A DNA stretch of 63,693 bases, filler included, from Octopus bimaculoides (taxonomy: Eukaryota), in NCBI RefSeq assembly GCF_001194135.2. It is 10 parts of 10 records of this genome, joined end to end, with 100 filler letters (N's around TTAATTAATTAA, not from the genome) between each part and the next. Parts side by side here need not be neighbours in the genome. Positions count along the whole stretch, not along the records: positions 34,522 to 41,186 come from NC_068988.1; positions 41,287 to 43,672 come from NW_026401240.1; positions 43,773 to 54,689 come from NC_068997.1; 7 more parts are not named here. One strand, 5' to 3'. Every line of letters begins with the position of its first letter. The stretch's first letter is position 1. The notes under the pieces are model-generated. The model worked only from the letters and a program-made list of their open reading frames with translations. It had not been told where the DNA came from and did not search any database. The position numbers were made by a program, and so were the translations under genes. This document shows, piece after piece, positions 39,685 through 51,304 of the stretch.

Positions 39685-40359
39685 AGTCTGATCAATATAA
39701 ATCGTATACATGTTTGTATATAAATGTGTAGTGACGTCATATTGGCGCCAAAAGGCATAGGCGCCATTGCTGAATCATTAACCACGCATGCGTGGGTTTT
39801 CAACATCGAAGCGTTCCCGCTATTAGACTCTTTTTACCAAGCCTGACAGCGACCAAGCAAGACGTCTAAGCAAGCTCTCCCATTTGAGTGTGGTTGAACC
39901 AAGTTGTCTCTACAACGACACCAGCTCGAGGAACCGTATATCTACATTTCAGGCTACTCTAAAACCGGACGATTGGTAGCTGTTTTATTTTCCACCGTAC
40001 AATAAATATTTGTTGTTGTTGATCAGTTTGGAGTTTCTGCGTTCAGTTCTCTTCCAATTTAATATAGGGAAGTTAGGTGTATATCTAAAGATATATAACC
40101 CACTCTNNNNNNNNNNNNNNNNNNNNNNNNNNNNNNNNNNNNNNNNNNNNNNNNNNNNNNNNNNNNNNNNNNNNNNNNNNNNNNNNNNNNNNNNNNNNNN
40201 NNNNNNNNNNNNNNNNNNNNNNNNNNNNNNNNNNNNNNNNNNNNNNNNNNNNNNNNNNNNNNNNNNNNNNNNNNNNNNNNNNNNNNNNNNNNNNNNNNNN
40301 NNNNNNNNNNNNNNNNNNNNNNNNNNNNNNNNNNNNNNNNNNNNNNNNNNNNNNNNNNN

Positions 40360-40387
<28 letters not shown>

Positions 40388-40393
<6 letters not shown>

Positions 40394-40970
40394 GAATAAG
40401 AAGATTTATAAATAGAAGATCTTACAGCTGTTTTCAGGATATTTCATATATCCCTTCATCGGCGACGGTGTGAGAAAATGGTTAAGCAATAGTTATTTTA
40501 GATAAGATATGAAATAGAGATTGAAGTGGAGGAATGAAAATAGACGTGAGATATGTAGGGATATTGCATCTGTAGATCCATTATTTAGGCATAATGGTAT
40601 ACATATAAGATTCCAGTATCTTGTGAGTAAGTTCCAATAGTATTTAAAATTGGTCATTCCAAGTATAGAGTTTGTACACGATGTTATTGAATCGAGGGTT
40701 TTATTTAAAGAGTATGTGTATATCAATAAGAGTATATATATATGTATAATGGATCTACAGATGCAATATCCCAGCATATCTCACGTCTATTTTCATTCCT
40801 CCACTTCGCCCTCTATTTCATATCTTATCTAAAATAACTATTGCTTAACCATTTTCTTACACCGTCTCCGATGAAGGGATACAAAAAATATCCCGGAAAC
40901 AGCTGTAAGACCTTCTATTTATAGATATTTTAAAATCTTTCACAGCCTTGGATTTTTATCTCATTCTGAA
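40388..40970. repeat. Long inverted repeat (~200 bp arms), Penelope-terminus-like
   Basis: 40388-40587 is the reverse complement of 40745-40970, high identity with one indel, around a ~157 bp spacer. Confidence 0.9.
40864..40911 (+). ncRNA. Minimal type I hammerhead ribozyme-like motif
   Basis: GTCT-CCGATGA-A-GGGATA(CAAAAAA)TATCCC-G-GAAA-CAGCTG-TA-AGAC gives a 4-bp stem I, 6-bp stem II, palindromic stem III and a GUA cleavage triplet. The core reads CCGAUGA rather than CUGAUGA. Confidence 0.65.
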
Positions 40971-41150
40971 AATTTTTTTTTATATATACACATGCTGATA
41001 TGACCTACGTTGGACTCCTCATTCGCATAATCACCGAACGTGGAGCTTAACTATAGCCTGTCCATAGCACTTATTCAGCATTACCTGATACCTTTGGGTC
41101 TTATTGACACCATTACTTCTCATAACCTCTCTCTCTCTCTCTCTCTCTCT

Positions 41151-41186
<36 letters not shown>

Positions 41187-42056
41187 NNNNNNNNNNNNNN
41201 NNNNNNNNNNNNNNNNNNNNNNNNNNNNNNTTAATTAATTAANNNNNNNNNNNNNNNNNNNNNNNNNNNNNNNNNNNNNNNNNNNNATATATATATATAT
41301 ATAACACACCACCATCGGTTGTCAAGCGATGTTGGGGGGACAAACACAGACAAACAAAAACACACACACGCACATCGAGGCTATAGTAGAAGACACTTGC
41401 CTAAGGTGCCACGCAGTGGGAATGAACCCGGAACCATGTGGTTGAGAAGCAAGCTTCTTAGCACACAGCCACGCGTGCGTATACACCATCATACACACAT
41501 ATACACGTACGGGTACACATACTATTTATCAATCAATCTATCTATCTATATATCTATATATAGATACATATATAAATACACTCACACACACACACAGACA
41601 CACACACACACACATAATATATTGATATAGGTAGATATACATACACAGCTAAACAAATATTCGAGTGTAACAACTAATTGACGGCCATACTTCAAACAGG
41701 CGACGCAGCGAAATAGATTCAAAGATGTTGACTTAATCCTAATTATTAAAACTGTGATTTCGTACGTACGTACGGCGAATATGGCTGCCTGCTTTATGTA
41801 TAGCTATGTGTGCGTGTGCGTGGTTGTTTGTGTGTGTGTGTGTGTGTGTGTTTGCGTATGTGCGTGCGCGCGAGTCTGTGTGTGTGTGTGAGAGAGCATG
41901 TGTATGTTTGTGTGTGAGCATGTGTACCTGTGTGTTTGTGCGTAAGCATATGTGTGTGTCTGTTTGTGTATGTTTGTGTGTGTGTGAGAGAGCATGTGTA
42001 TGTTTGTGTGTGAGCATGTATGTGTGTTTTCTATACGTGTATGTGTGTGTGTGCGT

Positions 42057-42099
<43 letters not shown>

Positions 42100-42317
42100 A
42101 GTATGTGTACCCGTACGTGTATATGTGTGTGTGAGCGTGTATACGTACGCGTATGGTCAGGCGTGGCTGTGTGGTAAGTAGCTTGCTTCTCAACCACATG
42201 GTTCCGGGTTCATTCCCACTGCGTGGCACCTTAGGCAAGTGTCTTCTACTATAGCCTCGGGCCGACAAAAGCCTTGTGAGTCGATTTGGTAGACAGAAAC
42301 TGAAATAAGCTTGCCGT

Positions 42318-42355
<38 letters not shown>

Positions 42356-43634
42356 TCCAGGTTCAGTCCCACTGCATGGCACCTTGGGCAAGTGTCTTCT
42401 ACTATAGCCTCGGGCCGACAAAAGCCTTGTCAGTGGATTTGGTANNNNNNNNNNNNNNNNNNNNNNNNNNNNNNNNNNNNNNNNNNNNNNNNNNNNNNNN
42501 NNNNNNNNNNNNNNNNNNNNNNNNNNNNNNNNNNNNNNNNNNNNNNNNNNNNNNNNNNNNNNNNNNNNNNNNNNNNNNNNNNNNNNNNNNNNNNNNNNNN
42601 NNNNNNNNNNNNNNNNNNNNNNNNNNNNNNNNNNNNNNNNNNNNNNNNNNNNNNNNNNNNNNNNNNNNNNNNNNNNNNNNNNNNNNNNNNNNNNNNNNNN
42701 NNNNNNNNNNNNNNNNNNNNNNNNNNNNNNNNNNNNNNNNNNNNNNNNNNNNNNNNNNNNNNNNNNNNNNNNNNNNNNNNNNNNNNNNNNNNNNNNNNNN
42801 NNNNNNNNNNNNNNNNNNNNNNNNNNNNNNNNNNNNNNNNNNNNNNNNNNNNNNNNNNNNNNNNNNNNNNNNNNNNNNNNNNNNNNNNNNNNNNNNNNNN
42901 NNNNNNNNNNNNNNNNNNNNNNNNNNNNNNNNNNNNNNNNNNNNNNNNNNNNNNNNNNNNNNNNNNNNNNNNNNNNNNNNNNNNNNNNNNNNNNNNNNNN
43001 NNNNNNNNNNNNNNNNNNNNNNNNNNNNNNNNNNNNNNNNNNNNNNNNNNNNNNNNNNNNNNNNNNNNNNNNNNNNNNNNNNNNNNNNNNNNNNNNNNNN
43101 NNNNNNNNNNNNNNNNNNNNNNNNNNNNNNNNNNNNNNNNNNNNNNNNNNNNNNNNNNNNNNNNNNNNNNNNNNNNNNNNNNNNNNNNNNNNNNNNNNNN
43201 NNNNNNNNNNNNNNNNNNNNNNNNNNNNNNNNNNNNNNNNNNNNNNNNNNNNNNNNNNNNNNNNNNNNNNNNNNNNNNNNNNNNNNNNNNNNTAATGAAA
43301 AATGTGGCCCCCGTTTTAAAAAAGATCCTGTATATATATGTATATATATGTATATATGTATATATATATATGTATATATATGTATATATGTATATATATG
43401 TATATATATGTATATATGTATATATATGTATATATATATGTATATATATATATATACATGTATATACAGTGGGCTTCTTTCAGTTTCCGTCTACCAAATC
43501 CACTCGCAAGTCATTGGCCGACCCAAGGCTTTAGTAGACTTGTTCACGGTACCACACTGTGTGACTGAACCCGGAACCATGTGGTTGGGAAGCAAGCTTC
43601 TTATCACGCAGCCACTTTACTGGTAGCAGCAGTC

Positions 43635-43672
<38 letters not shown>

Positions 43673-44169
43673 NNNNNNNNNNNNNNNNNNNNNNNNNNNN
43701 NNNNNNNNNNNNNNNNTTAATTAATTAANNNNNNNNNNNNNNNNNNNNNNNNNNNNNNNNNNNNNNNNNNNNTTTAAAGTTTCAGCTCAGAGCTGCGGCC
43801 ATGCTGATGCACCACCGTGTTGCTACACTTGAGGGCATATCTGAGAGAGCGACTATAAAAAGCAATGGTCCCAAGACCATACATACATATATATATATAT
43901 ATAAACACATAGACATATACACATAAATATGCATAAACATATATATACACATGTATATAGATATACATGTATACACATATATATATATGTATACATATAT
44001 ATATGTATATGTATATATATGTATACATATACATATATATATGTATACATATATATGTATACATATATATACATATACATATATATATGTATACATATAT
44101 ATACATATACATATATATATGTATACATATACATATATATATATATATTTGTATATATGTGTTTGTTTG

Positions 44170-45107
44170 TTTTTTTCTTGTAATTGATTAAAACACTAAT
44201 TTGATTTTACACAGCTGAATTAGAGATGATTATGACTTGATTTACTGGAAACCCAATCCTTGGAGGAAATCTGGGCTGAGTCTCCTCTTTAAGGCTCTCC
44301 CATAGACCGTCTTAAAAGTGTATGCAAGGAATAGAGAAACTGGACCATATTCACTCCTTCCTTCTAAGTAGGTTTTATTCCTACTTAAGATCTCAATGTC
44401 CAGCTTCTTGAGTAATTTTAGAGGAGATACAGAAATTTTTTGCTCATTTTTATCAGTTAATGACAGAATAGTACCAGGATCAAATAGATTTTTCATCTGA
44501 GTCCATAGAGGATCTTTTATTAGTTTGATGGTCTGGCCGTTTTTAACAGTAGATTGTTGTTCAGTAGACTTGTTAGTGTCCTCTTGAGCTGAGGAGTCTT
44601 TGGCCTTAGCAACTTGAATGTTCAGAGAGGAAGAAATTGCTCCTTGAGCTCTTAACTCAGAGATGGAAGCTTCAAGAAAGCGTTTTAGAGTATTCTCATT
44701 AACTTATCTGACTTTTAAGGTCGAACAGGTTTAATTTTATTTCAAAGTTCGTGATGAGAGATGGAGTTGTACTAGTATCTGAACTTACAGACTCAAATCT
44801 GGATAGATCCAGAACTCGGTTAATGTCCAAAGGACCCTCGCTGCCACTATCTGGAGAGGCCGACGGTAAGTAGAGTGCGCTATATTCTCTCTCTTGGGCT
44901 TGATTCTCCGGAATAATATCATTTAAATGATCAGAGATCATCTCAATGGAATCAGGCCTTTGACAAGCTTGTGCTCCTTCATCTTCATCTGAATCAATTT
45001 GTTCAAAGCCTCCTAATGCGCTCGCATATGTCTCTCCACTACTTTTAATTCTCCTTAGCACCTCCGTACTTTGTGTCGGCTTAGATGGCTGAGCAGGATT
45101 CATTGTT
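44170..45107 (-). pseudogene. Candidate endogenous viral element: rhabdovirus/mononegavirus-like phosphoprotein (P) gene with one frameshift
   Basis: ATG 45103 to stop 44699 (134 aa), then a shifted frame open from 44703 to 44242 (153 aa). No intron. Acidic N-terminus. AACA lies immediately before the ATG, and TACAAG-A7 lies 65 nt after the last stop. Both flanks are TA microsatellites. Confidence 0.6.
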
Positions 45108-45124
45108 AGAAATATATATATCAT

Positions 45125-45194
45125 ATATTAAATAAATATACATTTATTTATATATATATTAAATAAATATACATTTATATATATATACATATAC

Positions 45195-45230
<36 letters not shown>

Positions 45231-45960
45231 AATAAAATAAATATACATTTATTCATATATATATATATATATATTTTTTTTTTTACTTGTTTCAGTCATT
45301 TGACTGTGGCCATGATATTAAATAAATATACATTTATTTATATATATATATAAATTAATAAATACATTTATTTATATATATATATACATGTATGTTTATT
45401 TATCTAATTTATATATATATATATATATATATATTTATTTATTTAATTTATATATACATATAAATGTATATTTATTTATTTAATTTATATATGTATATAT
45501 TTATTTATTTGATATATGATATATATATATAATTGTATATTTATTTATTTAATGATATGATATATGATATATATATATATAAATGTATATTTATTTATTT
45601 AATATATATATATAAATGTATATTTATTTATTTAATATATATAAATAAATGTATATTTATTTATTTAATATATATAAATAAATGTATATTTATTTATTTA
45701 ATATATCATATTAAATAAATAAATATACATGTATTTATATATATCATATATTAAATAAATAAATATACATTTATTTATATATATCATATATTAAATAAAT
45801 GAATATACATTTATTTATATATATCATATATTAAATAAATAAATATACATTTATTTATATATATCATATTAAATAAATGAATATACATTTATTTATATAT
45901 ATCATATATTAAATAAATAAATATACATTTATTTATATATATATAGAGAGAGATTTATTA
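45125..45960. repeat. AT-only minisatellite with an orientation switch
   Basis: Units ATAAATGTATATTTATTTATTTAATAT (~45580-45700) change to their reverse complement ATATTAAATAAATAAATATACATTTAT (~45705-45940). Confidence 0.8.
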
Positions 45961-46345
45961 TATATATATATATATAGTTTTATATGTGTGTATGTATATG
46001 CACATACACACCACACCTATACCCACACTGCCACAGACATCTCATGCAACTGGAGACTGGGTGGGTGAGAGACAAACTTTCTTAAATAAAATTTATTTGA
46101 AAAATTTAATTTTTTATTTTCATTTCCAATTTTTAAAAAAATTGGAATTTTATCTCACATCATTTTGACTTTTTAATTGCAAAACTGTATGAATTGTTGT
46201 CGTTGCTTTGCTGCTGTGTCCCAAGGAGGTTAATGACCAGATGTACGAGTCATGACCCTCCCTCCAAGCCCTGTCTTCTAGGACATTGCATACCTAGGTC
46301 TGCATGGTAAAGAAGTTCAATCCCACTGCTCTGCTTCATGAACAA

Positions 46346-46392
<47 letters not shown>

Positions 46393-46689
46393 AGTCTTTA
46401 AGAGTGCAATTTGACTGTTGCAAAAGCCTATTGAAGAGGTTGTTCCTGTCCTTGAAAGGTAAGCTTAATCCACTTGGTCTTTGGATTCAAGACTCTAGTG
46501 TGAGGACAACAACCCCACCCGACTACCACCACCAGCCATGGAAGCCCTGAAACTTATCATGGCTGCTGTCCTTCTTCCACTGATTAAAATGTAAGGAGAG
46601 AAAATGAAGCTTACATGTGGCTTCATGGAAATCTAGTTGCTATTTCTAGCAGATTGAGTGACCTCACAGAAACTTCCTAGTTAGCTCAT

Positions 46690-46940
46690 GCTTTGTATGT
46701 GTGTGTGTGTTTGGCCCAAACTTCGTCCCATGTTTTCCTGGGACTACTTCTACCACAGGTTTCCTCCACACTTAGAGATTGGCACTTCTTTACACAGATG
46801 TCCTTGTTCATATGCATCGCAGGACCATACCAGCGTAGTCTTTCTTGCACACCACATCTGATGCCTCTTATGCCCAACTTTTCTCTCAAGATGTTTACAA
46901 TCTGTCATACATGACCACTGATATTGCACATCCATCAAAG
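46690..46940 (-). mobile_element. RTE LINE ORF C-terminus
   Basis: REKLGIRGIRCGVQERLRWYG..CVKKCQSLSVEETCGRSSPRKTWDEV. Confidence 0.85.
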
Positions 46941-48810
46941 CATACTGGCTTCATTTCATGATAATAATAATAATAATAAAACATAAATAACAAGAAAGTA
47001 GTGTGGATAAAATTTACTTCCCTTATATCACACAAAGGACACAGATTTCAACATCAAACTCAAACAGATTAAAAATTGATGGTGCTGATGGGAACTATGG
47101 ATTAAAAAAAAAAAAAAAAANNNNNNNNNNNNNNNNNNNNNNNNNNNNNNNNNNNNNNNNNNNNNNNNNNNNNNNNNNNNNNNNNNNNNNNNNNNNNNNN
47201 NNNNNNNNNNNNNNNNNNNNNNNNNNNNNNNNNNNNNNNNNNNNNNNNNNNNNNNNNNNNNNNNNNNNNNNNNNNNNNNNNNNNNNNNNNNNNNNNNNNN
47301 NNNNNNNNNNNNNNNNNNNNNNNNNNNNNNNNNNNNNNNNNNNNNNNNNNNNNNNNNNNNNNNNNNNNNNNNNNNNNNNNNNNNNNNNNNNNNNNNNNNN
47401 NNNNNNNNNNNNNNNNNNNNNNNNNNNNNNNNNNNNNNNNNNNNNNNNNNNNNNNNNNNNNNNNNNNNNNNNNNNNNNNNNNNNNNNNNNNNNNNNNNNN
47501 NNNNNNNNNNNNNNNNNNNNNNNNNNNNNNNNNNNNNNNNNNNNNNNNNNNNNNNNNNNNNNNNNNNNNNNNNNNNNNNNNNNNNNNNNNNNNNNNNNNN
47601 NNNNNNNNNNNNNNNNNNNNNNNNNNNNNNNNNNNNNNNNNNNNNNNNNNNNNNNNNNNNNNNNNNNNNNNNNNNNNNNNNNNNNNNNNNNNNNNNNNNN
47701 NNNNNNNNNNNNNNNNNNNNNNNNNNNNNNNNNNNNNNNNNNNNNNNNNNNNNNNNNNNNNNNNNNNNNNNNNNNNNNNNNNNNNNNNNNNNNNNNNNNN
47801 NNNNNNNNNNNNNNNNNNNNNNNNNNNNNNNNNNNNNNNNNNNNNNNNNNNNNNNNNNNNNNNNNNNNNNNNNNNNNNNNNNNNNNNNNNNNNNNNNNNN
47901 NNNNNNNNNNNNNNNNNNNNNNNNNNNNNNNNNNNNNNNNNNNNNNNNNNNNNNNNNNNNNNNNNNNNNNNNNNNNNNNNNNNNNNNNNNNNNNNNNNNN
48001 NNNNNNNNNNNNNNNNNNNNNNNNNNNNNNNNNNNNAAAATTTAAAAAAATAAAATATTGCTGTTATTAAATCTCATTAAAATGCAATGGGGGAAGACAA
48101 GCTGACCAAAACTTTGTTAGATTTGGTGGACAAACACAAAGAAGCCATGTCTGTGTGTCCTGGTTTTGACAAGTCATAAACGAGCGTCACCTTAACTAAA
48201 TCCAATAGTGATGCATCTTTCACCTTTTACTTGTTTCAATCATTAAACTGTGGCCATACTGGGGCACCGCCTTGAAGAAGTTTTAGTGCTAGTACTTTTA
48301 TTTTAGCTCAGCAATAGAGAATGATAGACTAAGTTACAGGGATGTAAACACAAATATATACATACACATATGTATATATATGTGTGTGTCTGAATATATA
48401 TTCATATATATATAGGCTGTGTGGTAAGAAGCTTGCTTCCCAACCACATGATTCCAGGTTCAGTCCCACTGCACAGCACCTTGGGCAAGTGTCTTCTCCT
48501 ATATAGCCTTGTGAGTGGGAAGATGCCCGTCATATGTATATATTCGTGTGTGTGTGTCCGTCTGAGTTTGCCCCACCACCACCACCAACGCCTGACAACT
48601 GATGTTAGTGTGTTCACGTCTCCATAACTTAGCAGTTCAGCAAAAGAAACCGATAGAATAAGTACTAGGCTTACAAAGAATAAGTCCTGGGGATAATTTC
48701 ATTGACTAAAAGCAGTGCTCCAGCATGGTAGCAGTCAAATGACTGAAACAAGTAAAAGAAAGAATAAAAGAGGTGTGCGAGAGAGATTATATAAAGTGGG
48801 GAGGTTTTAC

Positions 48811-48947
48811 CTGGAGAGTTTCTCATTCTGCCAAGACGGTTATGGGCTGATACGCTTCTGTGGTCAATGTCTCTGCTGTGCAGCATATTTCGACGGTCAG
48901 GCTCATACACAATGTGGTCTGGATCTCTTCTAAAGCCAGTGTCCATT
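48811..48947 (-). CDS. Coding exon 4 of the R/D/S-rich block (phase 2 to 1)
   Basis: cccacatctccag|A ATG..CCA G|gtaaaa; (R)MDTGFRRDPDHIVYEPDRRNMLHSRDIDHRSVSAHNRLGRMRNSP. Confidence 0.8.
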
Positions 48948-49460
48948 CTGGAGATGTGGGGAACAAAAATGCATACAGTAAAGTAACAGGGGATGAATAT
49001 AGTGATACACATAAACGCATTACACAGGATTAATGACCAAAAGACTTTGGCATTGATTTACTGACCAGAACACCATGGGAAATAGAAGCAAAGATATAAC
49101 CATACCAACTGCAATGGGGAATAAATCAATTTATATTTCAACAATAACAAGATAAATGAAACCTCCTGATTGTAACTAGTAATCACTGAACCATAACAAA
49201 ACAAAAAATAATTTACAAAATATCAAACTGAAATGAGATAATCAAAATATAAGAAACACCATCACTAGTAACCAAAGAGATGAAATAGGTTTAGGAAAAT
49301 ATTTTTGAACTGGGTGGATCTTAACATGCCACCAGTGACCTCTGCCTGATGATGTCTCTATTTGTTCTGTCTTTTTCGACACAGATTTTTTGCAACAGAA
49401 TGCCATTTTCTAACTGACATTCCTTCAATGTTTCTTGCCTGTGAGGAATCTGGCTGAAGC

Positions 49461-49600
49461 TCATCTCCACCTTACTTCTTGAATGCAACATACATCAACA
49501 TGCCTCTGTTCAAGCATCTCAGCAATTTCACTAGACCTACCTTTCAATGTGCCTACATTGACAGTGCCAACTTTGAAAACTGGGAAAGGGGCATGGGAGG
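49461..49600 (-). mobile_element. RTE LINE apurinic endonuclease N-terminus
   Basis: FKVGTVNVGTLKGRSSEIAEMLEQRHVDVCCIQEVRWR (QE motif). Confidence 0.85.
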
Positions 49601-50319
49601 GAACATGGAAAGGAGAGATGGTATTCAGCACCTGAAAAGAAGGTTTCAATGATCGTTTGATAACAGACATGTCACATCAGCTGTTCTCGCTTTAACCTAC
49701 CATCATTCAAACATGTTAAAAGTATTGCCTCTATTGGGAGTGAGTGTAATGTAAGCATTGTAAATATAAGCATTATTGCTGCGAACATAAATAGGTCAAT
49801 GTTTGAATCAAGTAAATGAGCCACTATTGGTTAGTCCATTATATAGAGAGAGGTGGTTTGTTAATATGCTAAGTAACACATCTCCTTTTGGCACATGCAG
49901 TAGTGTGAATGATTGCTGCTGGTGGTAGTGGCAGGGTGGGGGAGCTATGCAAGTTTTCTGGTACAGAAGCAAGGCAGAGCCTGTAGGGGTTTCCAGTATA
50001 AGAGAAGAGATTTTTGGTATAGATGGTGGGGGCACATCGCAGACAAGCAATGGCCAGCTTCACCTCAGGGAATACCAGTAAGAAGAGAGAGAGAGACCTG
50101 AAAGACTTTAATGCTAGAGGAATCATGGCAAGTATGAGAAAGACACAAGTTATAAAACAAGACGAGAATGTTTATGAATTTTAGATATAGAGGGAGGGAT
50201 CACTGAGGAAAGTATGGAAACACATGGGTTTTGAAACAGGGAGAAAATATTGCAAAAATTTAAAGAATGAAAGAATTACGAATTATGAAAGTTATTTTAT
50301 ATTGAACACAAAATGTTAC

Positions 50320-50523
50320 CTGTCAAATTTATCGGAATTCAAGTGCATGTCTAATCTGGAGCTGTTGTCAAGTGGAGCATTGTATCTATCATGAAGCCGT
50401 GAAGAACTTTCACCAACTCTACCCAGGGGCACATCATAGTGGTCCGAGGAGCCGAGGTTTTTGCTTTCTCTGCCATAATAGGGACCACCTCTTCGGCGAT
50501 ATGTGTCTTTCAAGTCACTGTAT
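50320..50523 (-). CDS. Coding exon 3 of the R/D/S-rich block (phase 2 to 2)
   Basis: ctctatcttttccacag|A TAC..GAC AG|gtaaca; 204 nt open, YSDLKDTYRRRGGPYYGRESK..LNSDKFD. Confidence 0.85.
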
Positions 50524-51304
50524 CTGTGGAAAAGATAGAGGAAACAAGTCAATTAATAACAATACAGAGATATTGTATGAAAGTATAAAACTAAAGTTTG
50601 AGAAGTCTGGATCGGTAAAGATTCAATTGTGGCTGTGTAGTAAGAAACCTGCTTCCCAACCACATGATTTCAGGTTTCAATCCCACTCCATGGCACCTTA
50701 GGCAAGTGTTTGTAGCCCCAGGCTGACCAAAGCCTCGTGAGTGGATTTGGTAGACAGAAACTGAAAGACGCCCATCATGTGTGTGTGTGTGTTTGTCTTG
50801 ATATCACATGATAGTCGTAAACGAGTGTCACCATCATGCAAGTGGTGTCCATTTCCAATCTTCCATGGAAACATGGTTGGTCATGGGGGGAAAATGTAAC
50901 CTTGCTTGGAAACAGGTGAGGGCTGGTGACAGGTAGGGCATCCAGTTGTAGAAAATCTGCCTCAATTAAAAAACTACGGCCAAGCCAGGCAAGCATGTAA
51001 AAGAGGATGTTAAAATAATGATGATGATGATTACTTCCTTTCCTGTTTACCAATCTGAAAGGTGGTCCAGGCTGGGAGGGCCTGCAAAGACCATGGCCAC
51101 TGCTACCTCATCTACACTGAGTTTCTCATAAGAAATCATGACCATCATCATCATCATTTAACATCTGTTTTCCATGATGGCATGGTTTGGACAGTTTGAG
51201 AGGAGCTGACCAACAGGAGAACTGCCCAGGCTCCAGTTGTCCATTTTGACATGGCTTCTACAGCTGGATGCCCTTCCTAATCTCAACCACTTTACAGAGT
51301 GCAA

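Noticed and set aside
39732-39739. TGACGTCA (CRE) palindrome, also at ~32933
   Set aside because: An isolated 8-mer with no promoter context.
42311-43626. Longest ORFs in the track (also 59393-60795, 47003-48070, 30875-31609)
   Set aside because: They are open only because they run through N gaps and (TA)n.
44800-45100. Overlapping C-protein ORF in the P-like gene
   Set aside because: The alternative frame gives only very short ORFs (about 16 aa at most) in the part examined.
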